16,199 nucleotides of DNA from Sulfurimonadaceae bacterium. Lineage in GTDB: Bacteria; Campylobacterota; Campylobacteria; Campylobacterales; Sulfurimonadaceae. The notes under the pieces were generated by a model that had not been told where the DNA came from, did not search any database, and saw nothing but the letters and a program-made list of their open reading frames with translations. The stretch is taken from positions 1 through 16,199 of the forward strand of contig JBFEXS010000047.1 in assembly GCA_041562555.1 (NCBI GenBank). The letters run 5' to 3'. The position numbers and the translations under genes are program-made. Below, in pieces: positions 7,864 to 16,199 of the stretch; within the stretch, counting starts at the first letter, position 1, and the number at the start of each line of letters is the position of its first letter.

Positions 7864-8417
7864 TGTTCAGGGTTGATCGTTAGTTCCATCTCGACTTCAC
7901 ACAGACCATCTTTGAAGATCGTCTCGATGATTTCAGCTTCCGCGATGACAGCATCGACAAAGGTACGTACCTCAGAACGTTGTACCATCATGTTCTTGAT
8001 CTTGTCAGAACCTTCGATTCTTACACCTTTTACCTTTTCAGCCAACAGTCTGTAAGCATCTGCGATAGCGGCACGTTTTGCAAGTGCATAAGCTTGAGCA
8101 GGCGAAGAGGTCATTGTCGGTGCAACACCCTGTCCTGTCACATTGATACGGATCTTTTTGTATGAAGCAGGTGTTGATGACTCATTCATCATTGCTGGAG
8201 GCTCTTGCATATCCGATGGACACACATGCTCTTCTTGCTCTTGTGCCTCAGGCATAGTTACTACAACCGGTTGAACGACAACTGGCTCTACGATAACCGG
8301 TGCATTATTGTTTGTTGTAATGACAGGAACTGATTGTTCGTTTGTCTCTTCCACGGGTCCTTCTTCAGCCATCAAAAAGGCTGATAACAGGGCACTGATC
8401 AATAAGGTTTTTTTCAT
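7836..8417 (-). CDS. flgP: LPP20-domain exported protein, FlgP homologue
   Basis: C-terminal GQGVAP...AQA..LAKRAA..DAYR.LAE.V.GV...M...V...I..AE LPP20/FlgP-type domain; start moved to ATG 8417 (MKKTLL...) because AAGGA lies at 8424-8428; synteny with gyrA and flgR. Confidence 0.75.
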   Translation of the reverse strand: MKKTLLISALLSAFLMAEEGPVEETNEQSVPVITTNNNAPVIVEPVVVQPVVVTMPEAQEQEEHVCPSDMQEPPAMMNESSTPASYKKIRINVTGQGVAPTMTSSPAQAYALAKRAAIADAYRLLAEKVKGVRIEGSDKIKNMMVQRSEVRTFVDAVIAEAEIIETIFKDGLCEVEMELTINPEQWRSILASR

Positions 8418-8452
8418 TATACGTCCTTGCATCTTTTCTATTGTTGTTTAAT

Positions 8453-8469
8453 AAGCAAGCACTGTTCCA
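8453..8469 (-). promoter_or_regulatory. sigma54 (-24/-12) promoter upstream of flgP
   Basis: Minus strand TGGAACAGTGCTTGCTT: GG-N10-GC spacing with the TGGAAC...TTGCTT form typical of Campylobacterota RpoN promoters, 35 nt upstream of the flgP start. Confidence 0.85.
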
Positions 8470-8521
8470 GAATAATAAGCTGTTGTGATATGGGAGGATT
8501 TAATGGGAGAAGAAGAGCGGA

Positions 8522-10993
8522 TTACTCTTCAGTAGATTCTTCGTCTTCTTCCGGGGACTCTTCTTTTTTAGGACAACGTGAGATAGAGATTACATCATCC
8601 CCTTTGATGATGAATACACCTGATGTATTACGTCCGGATTTGGAGATGGTCTGCATATCCACACGGATCATTTTACCGGTTTTGGTCAGTGCCATCATGT
8701 CCATGGACTCATCAACCATCAGACAACCGACAACATAATTTCCGGTTTTGTTGTTGAGTTTCATCGCGATAACACCTGAACCGGCACGGTTAGTCAAGCG
8801 ATACTCTTCAGCAGTGGTACGTTTACCGATACCTTTTTCACTGACGGTAAGGATCTCTTGCTCATCATTGGAGATGATGTTCGCATCGATGACGTAATCA
8901 CCTTCATGCTTGAACTTGATACCGCGTACACCGCGGGTAGAACGACCTTGGTCTCTTGTTTTACTGATCTCAAACTTGATACACTGTGCCTGACGCGTCA
9001 GGATAAAGAGGTATTGGGTATCGATTGTAGCGATCTTAGCTGTGACTAAGGTGTCATCTTCGTCAAGTACGATGGCACGCACACCGCTTGAGCGTACATT
9101 TGAGAACTCTGAAAGATTGGTACGTTTTACGATACCGTTTTTCGTAAAGAAGACCAGGGAGTTTTCTTCATTGAAGTCAGTTGTTGGAATGATGGATTGG
9201 ATCTCTTCATCTTGAACAAGGTTGATCAGATTTACGATCGCTTTACCTTTTGCTGTACGCGAACCTTCTGGGATCTTGTAGACTTTCAACCAATGTAACT
9301 GCCCGCGGTTGGTCACAATGAGAAGTGTATCGTGGGTATTGCAGGTAAAGAAGCTTTCGATAAAGTCATCGTCATAGGTCGTAACAGCTGTCTTTCCTTT
9401 CCCTCCACGGTGTTGTTTCTCATATTGTGCCAATGGAACACGTTTGATATATCCACGGTGTGTGATGGTAACGACCATTGGCTCATTTGGAATAAGGTCT
9501 TCAATGTCGATATCATCGTAGTTGTCAACGATATCTGTCTGACGAGGCGTATCAAGTACTGATTTCGCTTCAAGAAGCTCTTCTTTGATAATAGAATGAA
9601 GTACCTCTTCACTTTTGAGAATAGACTCAAGGTATTCGATAAGTGCATGAAGTTCTTTGAGCTCATTCTCGATTTTTTCACGTTCAAGACCGGTAAGCTT
9701 TTGAAGACGCATATCCAGAATGGCCTGGGCTTGGAGTTCAGAGAATCCAAACTCCTTAACCAAGCCTTCTTTTGCATCAGCTGTGTCTTTTGAACCACGA
9801 ATAAGCTTGATGATCTCATCAATGTGGTCAAGTGCTTTCTTGAGACCTTCCAAGATATGCGCTTTGGCTTTTGCTTTTTCAAGGTCAAAGATCGTACGGC
9901 GGATGATGACCGTTTTACGGTGAGAGATAAAAGTACTCAGTACATCCATCAGTTTGAACACTTGCGGTTCTTGGTTTTTGATCGCCAGCATGATAATACC
10001 AAAGGTCGTCTGCATATTGGTCTGTTTGTAAAGGTTGTTTAGAACAATCTCCTGCATCGCATCACGCTTAAGCTCAATGACGATACGCATACCTTCGCGG
10101 TCAGATTCATCACGGATCTCGGAAATACCTTCAATCGCTTTGTCACGTACAAGGAAAGCGATACTCTCAATAAGGCGAGATTTGTTGACTTGATATGGGA
10201 TCTCATCAATGACGATGACGTCTTTATTCCCTTTTTTCTCGATATGGGTTTTCGCACGAAGCTTAATACGACCACGCCCTGTCTCATAAGCATCCATGAT
10301 CCCTTTTTGACCATAGATCGTAGCACCGGTAGGAAAGTCTGGCGCCTTGATGAACTGCATAATGTCCTTGAGACTTGCTTCAGGATTGTCCAATAGATGA
10401 ACAAGCCCGGAGATCACTTCGCCCGGGTTATGAGGAGGAATGTTGGTCGCCATACCGACAGCGATCCCTGAAGAACCATTGATAAGAAGGTTTGGAACAC
10501 GGGTTGGAAACACGGATGGTTCTTGTGTAGTGGCATCGTAGTTGTCTATCATATCTACGGTGTCTTTATCAAGGTCTTTCATCAGTTCACCGGCATATTT
10601 TGTCATACGCGCTTCGGTATAACGCATTGCAGCCGCGTTGTCCCCATCGACAGAACCAAAGTTTCCTTGTCCGTCAACAAGCGTCATACGCATTGAGAAG
10701 TCCTGTGCCATACGGACAAGTGCATCATAGACAGAGTTGTCGCCGTGAGGGTGATACTGTCCAATTACATCACCGACGATACGTGCCGATTTCTTATATT
10801 TCGCACCGGCTGAGAGGTTCAGTTTGTCCATCGCATATAGGATACGGCGGTGAACAGGTTTGAGACCATCACGTACATCCGGTAAAGCACGACCGATGAT
10901 GACACTCATAGAGTAGTCAAGGTAGGATGCTTTTACAGTATCTTCTATATTAATGTTTTCAATATTCTGGTTTTCTTCCAGTAAATCGCTCAT
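8522..10993 (-). CDS. gyrA: DNA gyrase subunit A
   Basis: [27 protein letters not shown] catalytic Tyr, GyrA-box QHRGGKG, beta-pinwheel repeats, acidic tail; 823 aa. Confidence 0.99.
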   Translation of the reverse strand: MSDLLEENQNIENINIEDTVKASYLDYSMSVIIGRALPDVRDGLKPVHRRILYAMDKLNLSAGAKYKKSARIVGDVIGQYHPHGDNSVYDALVRMAQDFSMRMTLVDGQGNFGSVDGDNAAAMRYTEARMTKYAGELMKDLDKDTVDMIDNYDATTQEPSVFPTRVPNLLINGSSGIAVGMATNIPPHNPGEVISGLVHLLDNPEASLKDIMQFIKAPDFPTGATIYGQKGIMDAYETGRGRIKLRAKTHIEKKGNKDVIVIDEIPYQVNKSRLIESIAFLVRDKAIEGISEIRDESDREGMRIVIELKRDAMQEIVLNNLYKQTNMQTTFGIIMLAIKNQEPQVFKLMDVLSTFISHRKTVIIRRTIFDLEKAKAKAHILEGLKKALDHIDEIIKLIRGSKDTADAKEGLVKEFGFSELQAQAILDMRLQKLTGLEREKIENELKELHALIEYLESILKSEEVLHSIIKEELLEAKSVLDTPRQTDIVDNYDDIDIEDLIPNEPMVVTITHRGYIKRVPLAQYEKQHRGGKGKTAVTTYDDDFIESFFTCNTHDTLLIVTNRGQLHWLKVYKIPEGSRTAKGKAIVNLINLVQDEEIQSIIPTTDFNEENSLVFFTKNGIVKRTNLSEFSNVRSSGVRAIVLDEDDTLVTAKIATIDTQYLFILTRQAQCIKFEISKTRDQGRSTRGVRGIKFKHEGDYVIDANIISNDEQEILTVSEKGIGKRTTAEEYRLTNRAGSGVIAMKLNNKTGNYVVGCLMVDESMDMMALTKTGKMIRVDMQTISKSGRNTSGVFIIKGDDVISISRCPKKEESPEEDEESTEE

Positions 10994-11218
10994 GTCTTTC
11001 CTCTGTTGTGAACTTTAACAATATGAAGTGCTTTCCCATAATCAATATGAATTCAAGAAAGTGCTTCGACAGCTTTGCTAAAAATTGTATACATAGTATC
11101 GAAGATAGAATAATTTATAGATAAAGCATAGGCGTAAAACTTAAAGAAAAGATTTAAAATTTAAAATAAGCGTTAAAAGGTAACAACCCGGTTTCTTATG
11201 GATTATAAAAAAATCAAA

Positions 11219-11235
11219 TGATTAAAAATTAATCA
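11219..11235. promoter_or_regulatory. Perfect 7-3-7 palindrome, candidate transcription factor site upstream of amtB
   Basis: TGATTAA-AAA-TTAATCA, ending 31 bp upstream of a TATACT -10 element (11267-11272). Confidence 0.6.
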
Positions 11236-11301
11236 CATTTTTGCCGATCAGTCTTTTGCTAAAAGTTATACTGTTACAAATCTATTTCGAAGGAAAGTTC
11301 A

Positions 11302-12609
11302 ATGAAAAAATTGTTTGCAGCGTTATTGCTTACTCCTCTTCTTGCACTGGCAGAAGACACCCCGACCTTAGATACGGGAGACACAGCGTGGATGATGGTT
11401 TCAACAGCATTCGTTATGTTGATGACACCAGCAGGTCTAGCACTATTTTATGGTGGTATGACACGTGCAAAAAGTATCTTGAATACTTATTTGATGGTTC
11501 TGGCAGCATTTGTTGTTGCTTTTATTGTATGGATTGCCGCAGGGTATTCAATCGCATTTGGAACAGCTGAATCAGCTGGCATGCAAAAAGTTGTTGGTGG
11601 TTTAGGTAATATGTTCCTTAACGGTATCTCTTGGAATGAACTAAGCGGTACGTACCCGGCATATGTTTTCATCGTTTTCCAAGGTACTTTTGCTGCAATT
11701 ACTGTTGCAATCGCTTCAGGTTCTGTTATTGAACGTATCAAGTTCTCTACATGGATCGTATTTGTTGCTATCTGGGGACTTGTAGTATATGCTCCAATCA
11801 CTCATATGGTATGGGGTGGAGACGGTGCACTTCTGTTTGACGCTGGTGCTCTTGACTTTGCCGGTGGTACAGTTGTACACATGAATGGTGGTCTTGCAGG
11901 TCTTGTTCTTGCTATCTTGGTAGGTAAGCGTGTGGGTTATCCTAAAACAGCTATGAAGCCTGCTTCAGTTATCTTGACTGCTCTTGGTGCTGCTATGCTA
12001 TGGTTCGGTTGGTATGGGTTTAACGGTGGTTCTGCATTCGGTGCCAACGAAATCGCAGGTCTTGCTTTCTTGACAACGACTATCGCTGCTTCTGTTGCAA
12101 CGGTTACTTGGATCATTCTTGAGTGGATCGTATACAAAAAACCTACATTACTAGGTGCGGCAACAGGTGCTATCTCTGGTCTGGTAGCGATTACACCAGC
12201 AGCAGGGTTTGTAGATGTCTTTGGTGCATTCATCATCGGTGCTATCGGTACAATCGTAGCGTTCTTCGGTGTGACAGTGATGAAAAAGAAACTGGGTTAT
12301 GATGATTCTTTAGACGCATTTGGTGTTCACTTCTTAGCGGGTCTATGGGGTGCACTTGCGACAGGTATCTTCGCTCTTAAAGACAATGACCTTCTATGGG
12401 ACGGACCACTGAAAGAATCAGGTGACAGAATGGGACAGTTCTTCGTACAACTTGAGTCTGTAGTTGTCGTCGGTCTGTTTACATTGATCGGTACAGTGAT
12501 CGTTTATTACATCGCAGTGGCAATCACCGGTGGACGTCGTGTGAATGAAGATAAAGAAGTAATGGGTCTTGACGAATCAGTTCACGGTGAACGCGGATTT
12601 AATCTATAA
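11302..12609 (+). CDS. amtB: Ammonium transporter AmtB
   Basis: Signal peptide, FYGG, FQGTF, DFAGGTVVH, WFGWYGFNGGS, DDSLDAFGVH, C-terminal E..GLD...HGE; AAGGA RBS. Confidence 0.97.
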   Translation: MKKLFAALLLTPLLALAEDTPTLDTGDTAWMMVSTAFVMLMTPAGLALFYGGMTRAKSILNTYLMVLAAFVVAFIVWIAAGYSIAFGTAESAGMQKVVGGLGNMFLNGISWNELSGTYPAYVFIVFQGTFAAITVAIASGSVIERIKFSTWIVFVAIWGLVVYAPITHMVWGGDGALLFDAGALDFAGGTVVHMNGGLAGLVLAILVGKRVGYPKTAMKPASVILTALGAAMLWFGWYGFNGGSAFGANEIAGLAFLTTTIAASVATVTWIILEWIVYKKPTLLGAATGAISGLVAITPAAGFVDVFGAFIIGAIGTIVAFFGVTVMKKKLGYDDSLDAFGVHFLAGLWGALATGIFALKDNDLLWDGPLKESGDRMGQFFVQLESVVVVGLFTLIGTVIVYYIAVAITGGRRVNEDKEVMGLDESVHGERGFNL

Positions 12610-12623
12610 GAGACCTGAGGAAC

Positions 12624-13110
<487 letters not shown>

Positions 13111-13125
13111 GTTTCTTATCTAAAC

Positions 13126-13158
13126 AGTTTCTCTTGAGTATTTTGCTTAAGGGAAACT
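13126..13158 (+). terminator. Stem-loop downstream of glnK
   Basis: AGTTTCTCTTGAGT-ATTTT-GCTTAAGGGAAACT, 14-bp stem with three G-U pairs, followed by pyrimidine-rich AATCTTTCTACTTT. Confidence 0.6.
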
Positions 13159-13228
13159 AATCTTTCTACTTTAACTTCCCCCTAACTACAATTTTGTAAC
13201 AATGACGGATCTTTTTTAAGGATCAACA

Positions 13229-14428
13229 ATGAATGAATTCCTTCTTGTAAGTGATTTTACGTATATCGTAGATACACTTTTTGTACTATTCTCTATGGTA
13301 CTGATTATTTTAATGGTGCCGGGCTTTGCAATGCTGGAAGCTGGTCTTGTCAGAACAAAAAACGTTTCAACTGTACTTACCGTCAATACGATGATTTATG
13401 CTGTCGCATCGATGGCATTTTTACTGGTGGGTTATGAATATGCTTTTGGATCTTGGGAGAACAGCTCGTTGAGTATGTATGCCGCCTTTATGTTCCAGAT
13501 GGCGTTTGTCGGTAAGACGATCAATATCATGAGTGGTGGTGTCAGTGAGCGTGTACGCATCATCCCGTTAACGATCTTTACTGTTGTCATGGGGGCTTTT
13601 ATCTACCCTACGGTAGTCAATGTGACCTGGGGTGCAAACTTCCTGGATGGTACGGCACTGGCTTTAAGCATGTATGATCTGGCTGGCTCAACGGTGATCC
13701 ATTCCACAGGTGGCTGGGCACTGCTTGCGGCGATCTTGATCATGGGTTCAAGAAAGGGACGTTATATGAACGGGAAGGTGCGTGTTATCCCCGCATCTAA
13801 TATCCCCTTGGTCGTTTTAGGGGCTTTTTTACTCTGGATCGGTTGGTTTGGATTCAACGGTGGATCGGTCGGGTCCATTACGACAAAAGAGGGTGCCGAT
13901 GCAGTCGCTTTGACGATCATGAACACAAATACGGCCGGTTTGGCCGGTGCGATCATTGCCGGTTTGATCATGTATGCACGTTATCGAAAATTTGATATTA
14001 CGATGATCCTGAATGGTGCCCTAGGTGGACTGGTAGCCGTTACTGCAGGACCTGACCTGTATGATATGTACCAGCCTATTATCATAGGTACGATCGGCGG
14101 TACTCTGGTCGTGTTTGCTGTACCGTTGTTTGATAAGATACGTATTGATGATCCTGTTGGTGCACTTTCTGTTCACCTGATCAATGGTATCTGGGGGACC
14201 CTGGCCGTAGGGATCTTCGCGGCAAATCCTGCTGAAGGCATAACCTTTATGGGACAATTAAAAGGTGTGGTCGTCGTAGGAGTATTCGCATTTGTCGTCT
14301 CTTTTATCGCACTGTATTTGATCAACATGCTCTTTACGTTCAGAGCAAGTGATGAAGAGCAGATGAAGGGTCTTGACATTGATGAATGTGGACTTGAGGC
14401 TTACCCGGAACACCAGCGTTCTGTTTAA
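13229..14428 (+). CDS. amt: Second ammonium transporter (Amt family, different subtype from AmtB copy 1)
   Basis: GFAMLEAGLVR.KN, FQMAF, DLAGSTVIH, WIGWFGFNGGS, IDDPVGALSVH, GLD...G.EAYPE; no signal peptide; 399 aa. Confidence 0.94.
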   Translation: MNEFLLVSDFTYIVDTLFVLFSMVLIILMVPGFAMLEAGLVRTKNVSTVLTVNTMIYAVASMAFLLVGYEYAFGSWENSSLSMYAAFMFQMAFVGKTINIMSGGVSERVRIIPLTIFTVVMGAFIYPTVVNVTWGANFLDGTALALSMYDLAGSTVIHSTGGWALLAAILIMGSRKGRYMNGKVRVIPASNIPLVVLGAFLLWIGWFGFNGGSVGSITTKEGADAVALTIMNTNTAGLAGAIIAGLIMYARYRKFDITMILNGALGGLVAVTAGPDLYDMYQPIIIGTIGGTLVVFAVPLFDKIRIDDPVGALSVHLINGIWGTLAVGIFAANPAEGITFMGQLKGVVVVGVFAFVVSFIALYLINMLFTFRASDEEQMKGLDIDECGLEAYPEHQRSV

Positions 14429-14429
14429 T

Positions 14430-14452
14430 TGAAAAGGACTTCGTCCTTTTCA
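14430..14452 (+). terminator. Intrinsic terminator (possibly bidirectional) ending the amt cluster
   Basis: TGAAAAGGAC-TTC-GTCCTTTTCA perfect 10-bp inverted repeat immediately after the amt stop. Confidence 0.8.
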
Positions 14453-14529
14453 TACTGCATATCTTTCTTATCCCTTTTTCGTAAAATTATTAGAACTTTT
14501 TTAAAATTAAAATGCAAATAAAACATCCA

Positions 14530-14558
14530 TTGATACAAATATATTAGTATGATATTAT
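14530..14558 (+). promoter_or_regulatory. sigma70 promoter for the cytochrome c gene
   Basis: TTGATA (14530-14535), 17-bp spacer, TGn-extended TATTAT (14553-14558). Confidence 0.6.
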
Positions 14559-14589
14559 ATTAGCAATTATTATCTTTTAGGGGTCGGTT

Positions 14590-14865
14590 ATGCTGGTGAA
14601 AAGTGTAGTCATGCTTGGAGTTGTCCTGACTTCTCTGTCGTATGCTGATGTAGATAATGGGAAAGTGCTGTACAATGAAGGAAGTTGCCTTGAATGCCAT
14701 AGTTCAAGCGACTTTGCCAATGAAGCAAAAAAGATTAAAATGTTTAAAGATATCGAAAGTAGGGTACAGGCCTGCCAACTTGCCAATGATGACGGTTTCT
14801 TTGACGATGAAGTTCATGATGTGGCAAAGTATTTAAACAAAGAGTATTATAAACTGCAAAAATAG
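14590..14865 (+). CDS. Small periplasmic monoheme cytochrome c
   Basis: Signal peptide ending LSYA|D, G..LY...CLECH heme motif, C-terminal V..YLN..YY helix; 91 aa. Confidence 0.88.
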   Translation: MLVKSVVMLGVVLTSLSYADVDNGKVLYNEGSCLECHSSSDFANEAKKIKMFKDIESRVQACQLANDDGFFDDEVHDVAKYLNKEYYKLQK

Positions 14866-14926
14866 CAGTAGGCATTGTCCGGTATCCTGATCGTTTTTGA
14901 CGATTTTTAGACTCGGACTGATGTCA

Positions 14927-14959
14927 ATTAACACTACTGTAACACTTCTTATCTATAAT
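14927..14959 (+). promoter_or_regulatory. tonB promoter: tandem 11-bp-period repeat plus TATAAT
   Basis: TAACACT at 14929-14935 and 14940-14946; TATAAT at 14954-14959, 7 nt before the ATG. Confidence 0.6.
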
Positions 14960-14966
14960 CTACTTC

Positions 14967-15746
14967 ATGAATTCTGTTTCCATAAAATATAAATCGCTTT
15001 TTTATTCACTCTCTATACACCTTCTTCTGGCCTTGGCTCTCCTGGTCGCCTATATGAGAGAAGAGAATAGACATGATGCGTACACACTGGTTGATTTGCA
15101 GTCGATACATCTGTGTGCGCCTGTTTCAATGAGTGTTGCAGAATCTACTGCAGCTGAACAAAAACAGTTTAAGGCGCAGGCATTACCGGAAAGACAGATC
15201 TCAAAGTCTCAGCCTATACAGACTAAAGATAAAGCAGAAAACCTTCCCGTTGAAAAAAAGATTGCGGAAGTAGCGCAGGCAATGCCGATAAAGAAAGTCC
15301 TCAAGCCTATTACACCTGTAGTGCAGCAGGAATCAGCCAAGCCTGTGGAGAGTATTGAAAACGAAGTGATGAAAAAAATGGAAACCGCCCTACAGACCGA
15401 GCAGGAGATGCAAGCCAAAGCTGTTCCTGAAGTCATGGCTGTAACGGAACCAAGGTTATCAGTTGAAGCACAATATATGCGAGATCATATCGCGCTTATC
15501 AATGCTCTTATCAAGAAAAACCTGACATATCCACGATTGGCAAAAAAACGCGGTCTTCAAGGGAAGGCACTGGTCTCTTTTACCCTTAATATGGAGGGTG
15601 AGGTCCTGGATATTGAGGCACTGGGAGATGTCTCATCGATTTTAAAGAAATCCGCGATCAAAACGATCCAAAGAGCTTCTGTAGACTTTCCACACCCAAG
15701 TGAAGTCTTGGCACTACGTATACCGATCGTCTATAAACTGCATTGA
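14967..15746 (+). CDS. tonB: Energy transducer TonB family protein
   Basis: N-terminal TM with SxxxH (SLSIH), long K/E/Q/P linker, C-terminal YP..A...G.QG...V.F.....G TonB_C domain ending IPIVYKL. Confidence 0.88.
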   Translation: MNSVSIKYKSLFYSLSIHLLLALALLVAYMREENRHDAYTLVDLQSIHLCAPVSMSVAESTAAEQKQFKAQALPERQISKSQPIQTKDKAENLPVEKKIAEVAQAMPIKKVLKPITPVVQQESAKPVESIENEVMKKMETALQTEQEMQAKAVPEVMAVTEPRLSVEAQYMRDHIALINALIKKNLTYPRLAKKRGLQGKALVSFTLNMEGEVLDIEALGDVSSILKKSAIKTIQRASVDFPHPSEVLALRIPIVYKLH

Positions 15747-15813
15747 TACATCTAAACAGACTCTTACCTGGAATTACGTATAATTCTATAAATCAATTAC
15801 ATGCGGGGTGATA

Positions 15814-16199
15814 ATGTCTATTTATCGAGAATATGATATTCGAGGGATTTTTGAGCAAGAGCTCAATGAGTCAACGGTCAAAAAGATAGGGTATACCTTA
15901 GGGAAAAAAGTGTCGGGCGAGTATGTGAGTATCGGATATGATGCACGAACTCATTCACCGACACTTTTTAACTGGCTTTGCTCCGGTTTTGTTCATGCCG
16001 GTAAAAAGGTGATCAACATTCAACTGGTCCCGACGCCTGTCAACTATTTTACCAACTATCAAGAACTACAACTTGACAATGGTGAAAGGGTGACACCGAG
16101 TGCCTCTGTGATGATCACCGGATCGCATAATCCTCCTGAATATAACGGGTTTAAGATCACCCTTGCCAAAGCGCCGTTTTTCGGTGAGGATATTTACGC
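15814..16199 (+). CDS. Phosphomannomutase/phosphoglucomutase (AlgC-like), 3' truncated by window edge
   Basis: Translates to MSIYREYDIRG...IGYDAR...VPTP...MITGSHNPPEYNGFK, the alpha-D-phosphohexomutase phosphoserine motif; TATAAT at 15779-15784 upstream. Not in the supplied ORF track. Confidence 0.93.
   Translation, partial: MSIYREYDIRGIFEQELNESTVKKIGYTLGKKVSGEYVSIGYDARTHSPTLFNWLCSGFVHAGKKVINIQLVPTPVNYFTNYQELQLDNGERVTPSASVMITGSHNPPEYNGFKITLAKAPFFGEDIY

Noticed and set aside
8418..8432. Longer flgP start (MQGRI extension) from the ORF track
   Set aside because: The AAGGA RBS lies within this extension, correctly spaced for ATG 8417, which begins a normal signal peptide.
10730..10760. GyrA QRDR reads HGDNSVYD (Asn at the E. 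coli Ser83 position)
   Set aside because: Asn is the wild-type residue at this position in Helicobacter pylori, so it is not evidence of acquired quinolone resistance.
860..10863. Numerous plus-strand and alternate-frame ORFs of 60-191 aa overlapping the minus-strand genes (e.g. 860-1249, 1441-1890, 4112-4552, 5834-6283, 8427-8738, 9313-9888)
   Set aside because: They lie within or opposite well-supported conserved genes and show no recognisable motifs; typical shadow ORFs.
11245..11260. Possible sigma54 promoter for amtB (TTTTGCT -12-like element)
   Set aside because: The -24 position reads GA (11246-11247) rather than the invariant GG.
11241..11570. 109-aa Cys-containing ORF overlapping the amtB start
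   Set aside because: Out-of-frame overlap with amtB, TTG start in the promoter region without an RBS; the Cys content reflects frame-shifted Val/Ala codons.
16091..16102. 12-bp identity TGACACCGAGTG with positions 140-151 near the integrase end
   Set aside because: Lies inside the phosphomannomutase coding sequence; several 12-mer matches are expected by chance in 16 kb; not the tRNA-derived att core.

Overview
Campylobacterota-type (Sulfurimonas/Sulfurovum-like, inferred from protein sequences, gene order and promoter style) chromosomal window. Left edge: the last 55 codons of a tyrosine integrase converge on the 3' end of a tRNA-Asn(GTT) gene, marking the boundary of an integrated element that lies outside the window. 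Then a long minus-strand block: gyrA, flgP-like, flgQ-like, flgR-like sigma54 activator, asd, YqhA-family protein, hemE, YjgN/DUF898 plus M48 peptidase, radical SAM protein, tRNA-Asn. Divergently on the plus strand: amtB, P-II (glnK), a second amt, a small CxxCH cytochrome c, an orphan tonB, and the 5' part of a phosphomannomutase/phosphoglucomutase gene. Most genes are core. The most notable signals are non-coding: a strongly structured amtB-glnK spacer, a perfect 17-bp operator-like palindrome before amtB, a canonical sigma54 promoter upstream of the flgP-flgQ-flgR run, phased arm-type repeats at the integrase/tRNA junction, two probable leaderless genes and an 11-bp-period direct repeat at the tonB promoter. 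No novel multi-gene system can be firmly claimed from the sequence alone. All structures and motifs were found by eye; no computation or database search was run.
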